A program made the translations under genes and the position numbers. The notes beneath the pieces were generated by a model that saw only the letters and a program-made list of their open reading frames with translations, was not told the DNA's origin and ran no database searches. A DNA stretch of 24,000 bases from Promethearchaeati archaeon (GTDB lineage Archaea > Asgardarchaeota > Heimdallarchaeia > Heimdallarchaeales > Heimdallarchaeaceae), in contig JABLTJ010000025.1 of assembly GCA_013166775.1 (NCBI GenBank), positions 111 to 24,110 of the forward strand, read 5' to 3'. Below are positions 10,855 to 18,835 of the stretch, one piece after another. Position 1 is the first letter of the stretch, and every line of letters begins with the position of its first letter.

Positions 10855-10907
10855 GAAAACTACCCTATAGAAACAGAACAAGAGAAAAGATGATGAGGAC
10901 AAGATGA
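10851..10907 (+). other. Putative 18-codon micro-ORF ([18 protein letters not shown]) linking the roadblock and GTPase genes
   Basis: ATG overlaps the roadblock TGA (ATGA at 10851-10854) and its TGA overlaps the GTPase ATG (ATGA at 10904-10907). Confidence 0.3.
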
Positions 10908-11476
10908 GGAAAGACGCATCAGGGAAAATGCATTTCAAATTGGTCTTTGTTGGACCAAGCTTAGCTGGAAAAACTACGCTTCTTAAAAGGCTACATACAG
11001 ATGTTACCGGTATCAAGAAAGGAGGGCTAAATAGTATTGAAGATCCCTCAGGAAGAACAATTTATTTTGATTTCAGTCCATTTATGGCAACATCATCTGT
11101 TATTCTAGATATATACACAGTAGCAGGACAAAGAAGACACAGGCATCAACGATCACTTGTTCTAAAGGGTGTGGATGGTTTACTATTTGTAGCTGACTCA
11201 TCTCGAGCAATGTTAGCCGATAATGTTGAGTCTGCTGAAGAGCTAAAACGTGAATTGGGAGATAAAATCGGAGGAGAGATTCCTATTGTTATTTCTCTGA
11301 ATAAAAGAGATGCCCCTGATGCAATGCCAAAGAGAGAATTGGTAGATGCTATGGATTTAGGAACAAATATACCAGTTTATGAAACAATAGCAATCGAAGG
11401 GATTGGAGTAAAGAGATGTTTCCAATCATTAGCTAGAGAAGTTCTTCTAAAGAAACTGTATGCTGTTGAACAATAA
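10904..11476 (+). CDS. MglA-like/Arf-related small GTPase
   Basis: G1 GPSLAGKTT; G3 region YTVAGQRRHRHQRSLVLKGVDGLLFVADSS (MglA-type TVxGQ); G4 NKRD; paired with roadblock gene. Confidence 0.9.
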   Translation: MRKDASGKMHFKLVFVGPSLAGKTTLLKRLHTDVTGIKKGGLNSIEDPSGRTIYFDFSPFMATSSVILDIYTVAGQRRHRHQRSLVLKGVDGLLFVADSSRAMLADNVESAEELKRELGDKIGGEIPIVISLNKRDAPDAMPKRELVDAMDLGTNIPVYETIAIEGIGVKRCFQSLAREVLLKKLYAVEQ

Positions 11477-11488
11477 GGATACAATTTT

Positions 11489-12223
11489 CTAATTTTTACT
11501 AGGCATTAAGAGAATATGATCAATATTACTAGTCTCATCCTGGTCAATTATGAAACGAACAGCTTTAGCAACGTCCTCCACAGCTAACATCTTGGATCTA
11601 TCTACAGCCTTGCCATCAAACCATTGTGTGTTAACGGAACCAGGATTTATTGTTGCAGCTTTCACCCCTGTTCCTTTCAACTCATCCCTTAAACTCCAAA
11701 CCATTGCTTGAACAGCATGTTTTGTTGCTGCATAGAGAGAACAACGCGCTCCAGTCTTCAATCCCAAGTCTGAAGATGTGACTATCACTTGACCACTGTT
11801 TTGACCTTTTAACAAAGGCAATGTTTTATTCAACCAAAGAAATACTCCTCGAACATTGGTATTGAACTGTTTATCATACTGCTCTATGGTTAAATCTTCT
11901 AGATTACCAAAATAACCTACACCTGCGTTTGCAAAAATAACATCAATTCCTCCAAGTTTAGATTTAACATCACTTAATAGAGTATCAACATCCTCTTCAT
12001 TTCCAACATCTCCAGTACCAAAATAGGCTTCACATCCTAGAGTTTCTAAACTGTCACAAACTTTCTTCAATCTCCCTTCATTTCTTCCTGTGAGATAAAA
12101 ACGATGACCACTTTTTGCCATTTCTAGTGCTACAGCTTCTCCTATTCCGCTTGAACCACCAGTAATAACAATTCTTAAAGAATCTTGATTCTTTTGAGCA
12201 TTCATGGTTTGAAGATTTAACAC
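11489..12223 (-). CDS. Short-chain dehydrogenase/reductase family oxidoreductase
   Basis: TGGSSGIGEA, NAGVGYFG, YxxxK region YAATKHAVQ. Track start is a GTG; an ATG (MNAQKNQ) at 12205 is an alternative. Confidence 0.92.
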   Translation of the reverse strand: MLNLQTMNAQKNQDSLRIVITGGSSGIGEAVALEMAKSGHRFYLTGRNEGRLKKVCDSLETLGCEAYFGTGDVGNEEDVDTLLSDVKSKLGGIDVIFANAGVGYFGNLEDLTIEQYDKQFNTNVRGVFLWLNKTLPLLKGQNSGQVIVTSSDLGLKTGARCSLYAATKHAVQAMVWSLRDELKGTGVKAATINPGSVNTQWFDGKAVDRSKMLAVEDVAKAVRFIIDQDETSNIDHILLMPSKN

Positions 12224-12242
12224 TACTTAATAATTTTTTAGA

Positions 12243-13847
12243 CTATTGTTTTTTGTATACAATTTCTCCCTCTACAATAGTCAGGTCTACTGAAACATCA
12301 ATAATTTGTTCTGTGGGAATAGTAAGAATATCCTCACTTAAAACAACCATATCAGCTAACTTACCAATTTCGATTGATCCTAACATATTCTCATCGAATG
12401 AATGGTAAGCTGCATAGATTGTATATAGCTTTAATGCTTCAATTACGGTTATCCTCTGACTCCTTCCAATTGGTTTTCCTAATTTAGTAGTTCTATTCAC
12501 TAGTGCATGTATTGCCATGAGAGGATTAAAAGGTGCACAGGGGTGATCAGAATGAGCAGCTATTTTCACCCCAGCGTCCAAAAACGATCGAGCAGCAAAC
12601 ATTGACTCTAATCGTTTTTCTCCAAATGCTGGTATTAGTTTATCTCCATGATAATATGCATAAGGACCAAAGATTGAAGGGAGTAAATCTAAACTCTTAA
12701 TTCGTTTCACTATTTGGTCATTAATTACTGTACAATGAATGTCCCTATTTCGAGGATCTGAACGAGGATATGTTGTTTGTAGCTCCTCCATTATATCTAG
12801 AAACATTTCAATTGCTCTATCACCATTTGCATGAGCTGAGATTCTGTAACCTTTTTCGTATACATTGGTTAGAAGCTCACCTGCAATTTCCTTAGTTGTT
12901 GCCATTACTCCATAGAAGTCTGGTTTATTCAGATAAGGCTCAGATACTGCAGCAGTTCTTGCTGAAATTGCTCCATCAAAGAAAAACTTTATTCCACAAA
13001 TTCGAAGCCAATCATCTCCAAGACCTCTATATATTCCCAGTTTATCCAGCTCTTCAAAGAGTTCTATTGTTACATCCATTCTTACTCTTATAGGCAGTTT
13101 CGTATCATTTTTTAGATCAATAGCTGCCCTAATTTCATTGTTTCCTACAAGATCATAGATACAGGTTAAACCAACAGATGCACATTCATTCAGAATCTGA
13201 TAAGCACCTTCATATGCTTGTTCTCTTGATGATTCTGGAGAGCCTTCTGATCTTAGAACATTGTAAGCTTCCTCATGAAGACCACCAGTCAGTTCACCAG
13301 TTTTAGTATCTCTATCAAACTTTCCTCCTACAGGATCAGAAGTAGTTTTTGTAACACCAACGTTACTGAAAGCTTTAGAATTAGCAATCCAGAAGTGTCC
13401 ACCAACTGTTGTTACTATAATAGGGTGATCAACTGAAGCTTCATCTAACTCCCATCTAGTAGGATGTCTTTTCTCCAAGAGTTTTGAGTCATCTTCCTGA
13501 TAACCAAAAATCCACTCCCCAGCTGGTGTCTCATTTGCCTTTTCTTTTAATTTGTGTTGAATGTCTGCGATTGAGGTTACTCCTGCTTCTTCACTTAAAT
13601 CTATAAACAATTTTCTTGCGGATCCTTGTCGCATAAAATGACCATGGGAATCGATTAATCCTGGAATCATGGTTTTTCCCTCAAGATCAATCACTTCTGT
13701 TTCATCTCCAATCAGATGATTCACATCTGAATTCTCCCCTATAGCAATTATTCTCCCAAATTTAACTGCTATTGCTTCGTTGATTGAATCTTTCGAATCC
13801 ATTGAAATTATTTTACCATTTTTAATCACTAAATCTGCAAACATCAT
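12243..13847 (-). CDS. YtcJ-like metal-dependent amidohydrolase
   Basis: GKTMIPGLIDSHGHFMRQG, GYRISAHANGDRAI, AAHSDHPCAPFNPL, IGKLADMVVLSEDI. Confidence 0.9.
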   Translation of the reverse strand: MMFADLVIKNGKIISMDSKDSINEAIAVKFGRIIAIGENSDVNHLIGDETEVIDLEGKTMIPGLIDSHGHFMRQGSARKLFIDLSEEAGVTSIADIQHKLKEKANETPAGEWIFGYQEDDSKLLEKRHPTRWELDEASVDHPIIVTTVGGHFWIANSKAFSNVGVTKTTSDPVGGKFDRDTKTGELTGGLHEEAYNVLRSEGSPESSREQAYEGAYQILNECASVGLTCIYDLVGNNEIRAAIDLKNDTKLPIRVRMDVTIELFEELDKLGIYRGLGDDWLRICGIKFFFDGAISARTAAVSEPYLNKPDFYGVMATTKEIAGELLTNVYEKGYRISAHANGDRAIEMFLDIMEELQTTYPRSDPRNRDIHCTVINDQIVKRIKSLDLLPSIFGPYAYYHGDKLIPAFGEKRLESMFAARSFLDAGVKIAAHSDHPCAPFNPLMAIHALVNRTTKLGKPIGRSQRITVIEALKLYTIYAAYHSFDENMLGSIEIGKLADMVVLSEDILTIPTEQIIDVSVDLTIVEGEIVYKKQ

Positions 13848-14053
13848 TAAATCACTTTATGGCTACCAATAGTTCAATCTTACTAAGAATTACATCGTAG
13901 TTCTTTATTAAATTTACAACTCAATTATATGTTTTTGATTGTATAAAGACACAAAAAACAGTAAGAAATCTTCATGCACTGTAACCTTATTTTCTGATTT
14001 TTCTCTGCTTTAAATAATAAAATCTTTCCATCTTTTTGAAGTGGTGAATAGCT

Positions 14054-14188
14054 ATGGATAAGAAAGAATATGCTTCTTGGGATAATGAGAAAATTGCTTC
14101 TAATGATGATGAGATTTTTTACGAAGAACTCTGGGAAGTTGGAATCCTTATTCTTACTAGTAACTTTGAAAAAACAAAAATCAGATAA
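14054..14188 (+). CDS. Possible 44-aa small ORF (MDKKEYASWDNEKIASNDDEIFYEELWEVGILILTSNFEKTKIR)
   Basis: ATG..TAA ORF in an otherwise noncoding gap; not in the supplied track; no recognised family. Confidence 0.25.
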   Translation: MDKKEYASWDNEKIASNDDEIFYEELWEVGILILTSNFEKTKIR

Positions 14189-14254
14189 TGTTCTTCAGTA
14201 AAAAAATATAAGCTGAAAAGCTTATGATTATTTCAGCTTAAGTTTGATGCAAAT

Positions 14255-14728
14255 TTATGATTGAGCTTCTAATCTTCTAGCAAATATCAGAAGTAGGATT
14301 GTAATAATTCCTCCTAAAAGCCCTGTGTAGAAGGTTGTTCCAAAACCCCAATCAGTTCCTTCACTAGCTAAAATGCCAAATATTATTGCAGTCATTATTG
14401 TTAAAATCACAACTGCTATAGTTGCATAAAAAGCTCCTTTTTCTAAGTTTTCCTCTAGTTCACTATCAATCTTAAGGAAAGGATATAATTTTTGAAGTGA
14501 AACAAAAGCTACAAAGAGATAAAATAATCCCAATACTACTAATATTATTTTACCATACCATGGAGTATATTCTCCATAGAGAGCAAAATCATACCCCCAG
14601 GAGTAACCTTCATACCACCATCCAAATTCAGTAGCTAAGAAAAGAATACCGCCTACAAGGCTAATCAAAAAAGCTCCTAAGTATAAAACTGGTTTGGTAT
14701 AAACAGGGGTTTTTTCTGTTGAATTCAT
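14255..14728 (-). CDS. Four-TM membrane protein of unknown function (157 aa)
   Basis: Four hydrophobic segments (LYLGAFLISLVGGILFLA, KIILVVLGLFYLFVAF, YATIAVVILTIMTAIIFGIL, FYTGLLGGIITILLLIF). Confidence 0.65.
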   Translation of the reverse strand: MNSTEKTPVYTKPVLYLGAFLISLVGGILFLATEFGWWYEGYSWGYDFALYGEYTPWYGKIILVVLGLFYLFVAFVSLQKLYPFLKIDSELEENLEKGAFYATIAVVILTIMTAIIFGILASEGTDWGFGTTFYTGLLGGIITILLLIFARRLEAQS

Positions 14729-14797
14729 GAAATAAATTTCTGCAACTTATTTAAAAGAATTATTAAGGAACAAAAATAAATGGGATTTGAAACGAAA

Positions 14798-14809
14798 GTT
14801 TTATTAAAA
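14798..14809 (+). promoter_or_regulatory. Candidate archaeal TATA box (gttttattaaaa) for tRNA-Lys
   Basis: AT-rich TATA-like element about 25-30 nt upstream of the mature tRNA 5' end, preceded by cgaaa (BRE-like). Confidence 0.35.
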
Positions 14810-14831
14810 ATGTGAGGGGACAGATTTCAAA

Positions 14832-14935
14832 GGGCCTGTGGCTCAGTTAGGTAGAGCAGCGGACTCTTAAACGAGAAAGAAATTTCTCTTAGAGTTATCC
14901 GTCGGTCGCCGGTTCAAATCCGGCCAGGCTCGCCA
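14832..14935 (+). tRNA. tRNA-Lys(CTT) with 27-nt intron at 37/38 and a CCA directly encoded
   Basis: Acceptor GGGCCTG/CAGGCTC, D stem GCTC/GAGC, anticodon stem GCGGA/TCCGT, loop CT-CTT-A|A, T arm GCCGG TTCAAAT CCGGC, discriminator G14932, CCA 14933-14935; intron 14870-14896. Confidence 0.96.
14870..14896 (+). other. Archaeal tRNA intron with canonical bulge-helix-bulge splice motif
   Basis: Central helix CTCT(14864-14867)/AGAG(14891-14894); 3-nt bulges TAA (14868-14870) and TTA (14895-14897) with predicted cuts 14869|14870 and 14896|14897; intron hairpin GAGAAA-GAAA-TTTCTC. Confidence 0.93.
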
Positions 14936-14936
14936 C

Positions 14937-15908
14937 CTACGATAAACTTGATCTGACCTCTTGTTCTAAAATCATCATTTGCGCGTATTCTCTCTCCCAC
15001 TCTTTAATCAGATGCTTCTCCCATGTATCTGTATCAATGATTAATTTTATCATATCTTCGAACTGTTTTCTCTCTTCAAAAACTTGGAAGGCTTCATCTA
15101 TCTCCATATCATCTTTTCTAAGCCAATCGTTGCACAAATTAGCGATAAATTCAGCAAACCTTTTGTAAGTTGTTTTGTGTTCTTTGTTCTGAGTAATTAT
15201 TACAGCAAAAGCTTTCTGAATTCTCTTAACATAAATTATCAGGTTCTCACTTTCTAGTTTTGTCAACTCACCTAACCCAATTGATTTCCCTAAATCTAAA
15301 ATTGCAGCCATAAAAGCTGTGAAAAGTGTAGCATCATAAGGAAGTGTAAGGGTCAACATTAAGAATACAGGCTGTCCTGTATCTATTGTTATCAATAAAT
15401 CTACATCACTAATTACAAGTGGTTTATCAATGAAATCTTCTTCAACTGTTACGCTTTTTGTGCCCTTCTCTATAAGAGTTCTCTTATTTATAATTAAATT
15501 CAGATTACGCATAAAATGATATATTCTTTCTTTTTCGTTTTCAAGAAATTCCTCATCTTCGATCCATGCATGGGCTTCTTGTAAAACTTGTAGTGGTTGA
15601 AAATTATCTCGAAAATTATTTTTTACTCTTTCAGTTAAATTTTCATATTTTCCTTTTTCTTTTACAATTGTTAGGATATATTCTCCTTTTGCTTCGCATA
15701 CTATTTCATTATCTCCAAATTCAATTGATTGTGGAGATTTTTCACCGAATTCACTTATTATAGATGTTACAGCTGTAATATAACTTACAACCTCAACATT
15801 CTTATCTTCGGAACCCCATTTTTCATCATAGATTCTATAGTATCTACATGAGCCATTTGTCTTTAGAACCAATATAGCTTTAATCAACGAGGTTTCACTT
15901 CTGCCCAT
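14937..15908 (-). CDS. Tandem (two-copy) longin/roadblock-like domain protein, putative small-GTPase regulator
   Basis: Two similar segments: aa ~7-103 (..SYITAVTSIISEFGEKSPQSIEFGDNEIVCEAKGEYILTIVKEK..) and aa ~165-262 (..LFTAFMAAILDLGKSIGLGELTKLESENLIIYVKRIQKAFAVIITQNK..). Confidence 0.6.
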   Translation of the reverse strand: MGRSETSLIKAILVLKTNGSCRYYRIYDEKWGSEDKNVEVVSYITAVTSIISEFGEKSPQSIEFGDNEIVCEAKGEYILTIVKEKGKYENLTERVKNNFRDNFQPLQVLQEAHAWIEDEEFLENEKERIYHFMRNLNLIINKRTLIEKGTKSVTVEEDFIDKPLVISDVDLLITIDTGQPVFLMLTLTLPYDATLFTAFMAAILDLGKSIGLGELTKLESENLIIYVKRIQKAFAVIITQNKEHKTTYKRFAEFIANLCNDWLRKDDMEIDEAFQVFEERKQFEDMIKLIIDTDTWEKHLIKEWEREYAQMMILEQEVRSSLS

Positions 15909-15977
15909 TTTATTTTAAGAACTTAACTTCAATACGGAAAAAGAAGTCTTAAAAGGTTTCTTTCGGGGAAACTCATA

Positions 15978-17054
15978 ATGCACATAGAATCTATAGGGAT
16001 TAGAATAAGCTATTCGAATGCTGAACATCTGCGAAAATGGCTTAGTTCACATAATGCTATTAATCAATCCTTATCTTTCACTAAGGAAGAGAACAGTTTG
16101 ATAATGCCGCTAATTCTTTCAGAGGAAGAAGCTAGTAATTTACTTTTGACTTACAGCGAAGATGTGTACTTTTTAATTAGGGTTTTCCAATTCGAAGAAA
16201 AGGATTTCCATCCGAAAAATCTCTTTGAAGCTGTGGAAAAAGCCATCCCCATTAATCAACATAAGTACATCCCAAAAGCATATGATATGATAGGAGACAT
16301 AGTGGTTGTTGACATACCAGAAGAAATCTCAGACTATAATAATGCTATAGGGGATTCATTGTGTGATTTGTTCCCTTCGATAAATTCCGTTTACCGAAAA
16401 GCTTCTTCAGTTTCAGGAAAATTTAGAATAAGAGAATTAGAGTTAATAGCTGGAGAAGAAAAATGTGAGACTGTTCACTTAGAATATGGTATAAGAATTT
16501 CAGTTAATGTATGTGAGACTTACTTCAGTCCAAGATTAGGAGATGAACACAAGAAAGTAGCTGATTCAGTCAAACAGAATGAATGTATAATAGATCTCTT
16601 TACAGGAGTGGGTTCATTTCCTCTGCATATAGCTAAAAATCATGATTCTATAGTATATGCAATAGATATTAATAAAAATGCAATAGAATGTTTGGAAAAA
16701 TCAATTTCGATGAATAAACTCAAAGGAACTATTCACCCTATACATAGTGACTGCAGAGAAGCAGTAAAATCTATCCCTAAAGCTAACAGAGTTATAATGA
16801 ACCTTCCAGGCAAATCACTGGAATTTGTAGATGTTGCATGTGATGTTCTGAAACCTAATGGAATTTTATATTTCTACCATTTCACTTCAGAAAAAAGTCC
16901 GAAAAAAGAAATAATTAAAGAACTCAACAAGGAATTAACAAAATCTGGATGGAAAATTAAAGAAACCATAGATTATAGAAAAGTTAGAGATAGTGCTCCC
17001 CGTGAGATTCAAGCTTGTTTAGAGGTTACTGCTGTTCCATTATCTGAATCGTGA
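15978..17054 (+). CDS. trm5: Trm5-like tRNA (guanine37-N1)-methyltransferase
   Basis: FSPRLGDEHKKVADSVKQNECIIDLFTGVGSFPLHIAKN, VYAIDINKNAIECLEKSISMNKL, NLPGKSLEFVDVA. Confidence 0.92.
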   Translation: MHIESIGIRISYSNAEHLRKWLSSHNAINQSLSFTKEENSLIMPLILSEEEASNLLLTYSEDVYFLIRVFQFEEKDFHPKNLFEAVEKAIPINQHKYIPKAYDMIGDIVVVDIPEEISDYNNAIGDSLCDLFPSINSVYRKASSVSGKFRIRELELIAGEEKCETVHLEYGIRISVNVCETYFSPRLGDEHKKVADSVKQNECIIDLFTGVGSFPLHIAKNHDSIVYAIDINKNAIECLEKSISMNKLKGTIHPIHSDCREAVKSIPKANRVIMNLPGKSLEFVDVACDVLKPNGILYFYHFTSEKSPKKEIIKELNKELTKSGWKIKETIDYRKVRDSAPREIQACLEVTAVPLSES

Positions 17055-17469
17055 TTTTCATTTTACTACTAGGATTTTTCATGATTTTAATTATTCTATC
17101 ATTAATATCATTTGCAGCTTTATCAGATTTAATCATCAATGTTCGAGAACAGATGAAATCACTTTTTCTTATGATAATAGCGTGTTCATCAGATAGTTCT
17201 AGCCTTGAATCTCCACAACCTTCAATAGTATCAGAGTATCTTCCCACGTGTAAATGTACCAATATTCTTGCTGCTGGACTCTTTATTCTTTCCTTTAATT
17301 CTGAAGGAAAACTAATCAGATTGCAAGAGGAACTGACGCCTAAGATGCAATCACCCCTTGGAGTAAGACTTTCATCTTTTGTGAATTCCAAGGTTGTTTT
17401 ATGAGTTGCGCGTATATTCGGATGACCGTTACAGTAAAAAACAAAACTATCCATTTTATCATCCTTCAA
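17026..17469 (-). CDS. DUF371-family protein
   Basis: GHPNIRATHKTTLEFTKDESLTPRGDCILGVSSS signature. Confidence 0.85.
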   Translation of the reverse strand: MKDDKMDSFVFYCNGHPNIRATHKTTLEFTKDESLTPRGDCILGVSSSCNLISFPSELKERIKSPAARILVHLHVGRYSDTIEGCGDSRLELSDEHAIIIRKSDFICSRTLMIKSDKAANDINDRIIKIMKNPSSKMKITIQIMEQQ

Positions 17470-17563
17470 ATTAACTATTTTAACTATGTTTCGTAGTAAA
17501 GTATATAGTCTCTTTCCTATATTCTTAAAAATAGTTGTAAATCATTAAGTATAGGTTGTTTCA

Positions 17564-18778
17564 ATGTCACTAGAAAAAAACCTAGATGAAACACTAGAGT
17601 GGTTTAAAGAAAAGATATCATCGAATGTCTCTAGTTATAGAAACAATGCGATGAAGCAAATTAGAGCAATAAGTGATAGAATCGAAGAAGTTAAGACGGC
17701 AGCTCATCGATTTGATTACTCGGATTTAAAGGATCCTGATGTTTACCAGAATTATGCAACAACCATTTATGATAAAACATTAGAAGTTTTTGAACAAATT
17801 CAAGCTCCAGAAATTATTACATATAATAATCTAGATAATTTTGCTAGAGATACAAACAATAAAATCAATACATACATGAATATTCTATCTAAATATCTAT
17901 CTTGGTTAAAGAGAGATCGTTCTTACAAAACCAAAGTTAAGACTCTTGATAGAGCTCTAACCAGACTAAAAGAAGAGCTTCACATTTTTGAAAATAAAAC
18001 TATGCTCTCCTACTCTGAAATTATAAATTTTGAAAAAGTTTGTGATGATATAACCTCTTTAATAGGATTAGTAGATAGGATCCAGTTCCTAGAAAAGGAG
18101 ATTGAATCTCACAAAGATGATATCGAAAAACTTACACAAACAATCGAAAAGAACGAGAAAGATCTAATTGAACTAAAAAATCATCCTGGTTTTCAACAAT
18201 TGGAGAAAAACAAGAAGGAACTAGAACATATCGAAATTTCCATTTCTAATAAAGTATCAGAGATTAAAAAATTAAGCAGTAAAGTTCTAAGAGCAGCAGA
18301 TTCCAGAAAAATTGAACTCAATGAGTATGATAAAGAGTTGATGAAGAATTTAACAAAAGATCCACTTGGAGTATTCGTGAAGGAAAATGAAGGTTATAGA
18401 GGAGTTAAAGCAATGCTCAATACCTTAAAAGAAATTAGTAAAGAACCCGCAATTCAGATGAAAAAAGAAAAACTGCAAAGAGCTTACGAGAATATTGATG
18501 AGATACTAAATGATGAAATCTTGGAAATACAGATTAGAGCCCAATTTTTAGTTCAGCAAAGTGAGGCAATTAATGATAAATTCAAAGAAATGCAATTAGA
18601 TATCAAAATCAAAAAGCTTGAAGATGAAATAGACAATTTAAAAATAGATAGGAATCGTATAACCCTCCCACTTAGGAGAGAAAAAGAAGAAAAGGGTAAA
18701 GAAATAGATACAATATCAAAATCAGTAGAAGAAAGAATCGAGGAATTTACGAGTAAAGTTGTGAAACTAATTCTATAA
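17564..18778 (+). CDS. Long coiled-coil protein of unknown function (404 aa)
   Basis: Heptad-rich, charged; no catalytic motif. Confidence 0.7.
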   Translation: MSLEKNLDETLEWFKEKISSNVSSYRNNAMKQIRAISDRIEEVKTAAHRFDYSDLKDPDVYQNYATTIYDKTLEVFEQIQAPEIITYNNLDNFARDTNNKINTYMNILSKYLSWLKRDRSYKTKVKTLDRALTRLKEELHIFENKTMLSYSEIINFEKVCDDITSLIGLVDRIQFLEKEIESHKDDIEKLTQTIEKNEKDLIELKNHPGFQQLEKNKKELEHIEISISNKVSEIKKLSSKVLRAADSRKIELNEYDKELMKNLTKDPLGVFVKENEGYRGVKAMLNTLKEISKEPAIQMKKEKLQRAYENIDEILNDEILEIQIRAQFLVQQSEAINDKFKEMQLDIKIKKLEDEIDNLKIDRNRITLPLRREKEEKGKEIDTISKSVEERIEEFTSKVVKLIL

Positions 18779-18835
18779 AATCCGAATTTTCTCACTAAAA
18801 CAAATCTTAAATTTCGTTTTATAGATGTTTTTAAT

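Noticed and set aside
12896-13093. 65-aa + strand ORF
   Set aside because: Antisense to the amidohydrolase; Leu/His-rich out-of-frame read.
14873-14888. GAGAAA-GAAA-TTTCTC hairpin considered as a terminator or regulatory hairpin
   Set aside because: It is the internal helix of the tRNA intron, fully explained by the bulge-helix-bulge fold.
15566-15763. 65-aa + strand ORF
   Set aside because: Leu/Phe-rich antisense of the double-longin gene.
17051-17404. 117-aa + strand ORF with an apparent TM segment after trm5
   Set aside because: Antisense to the DUF371 gene, whose signature is strong.
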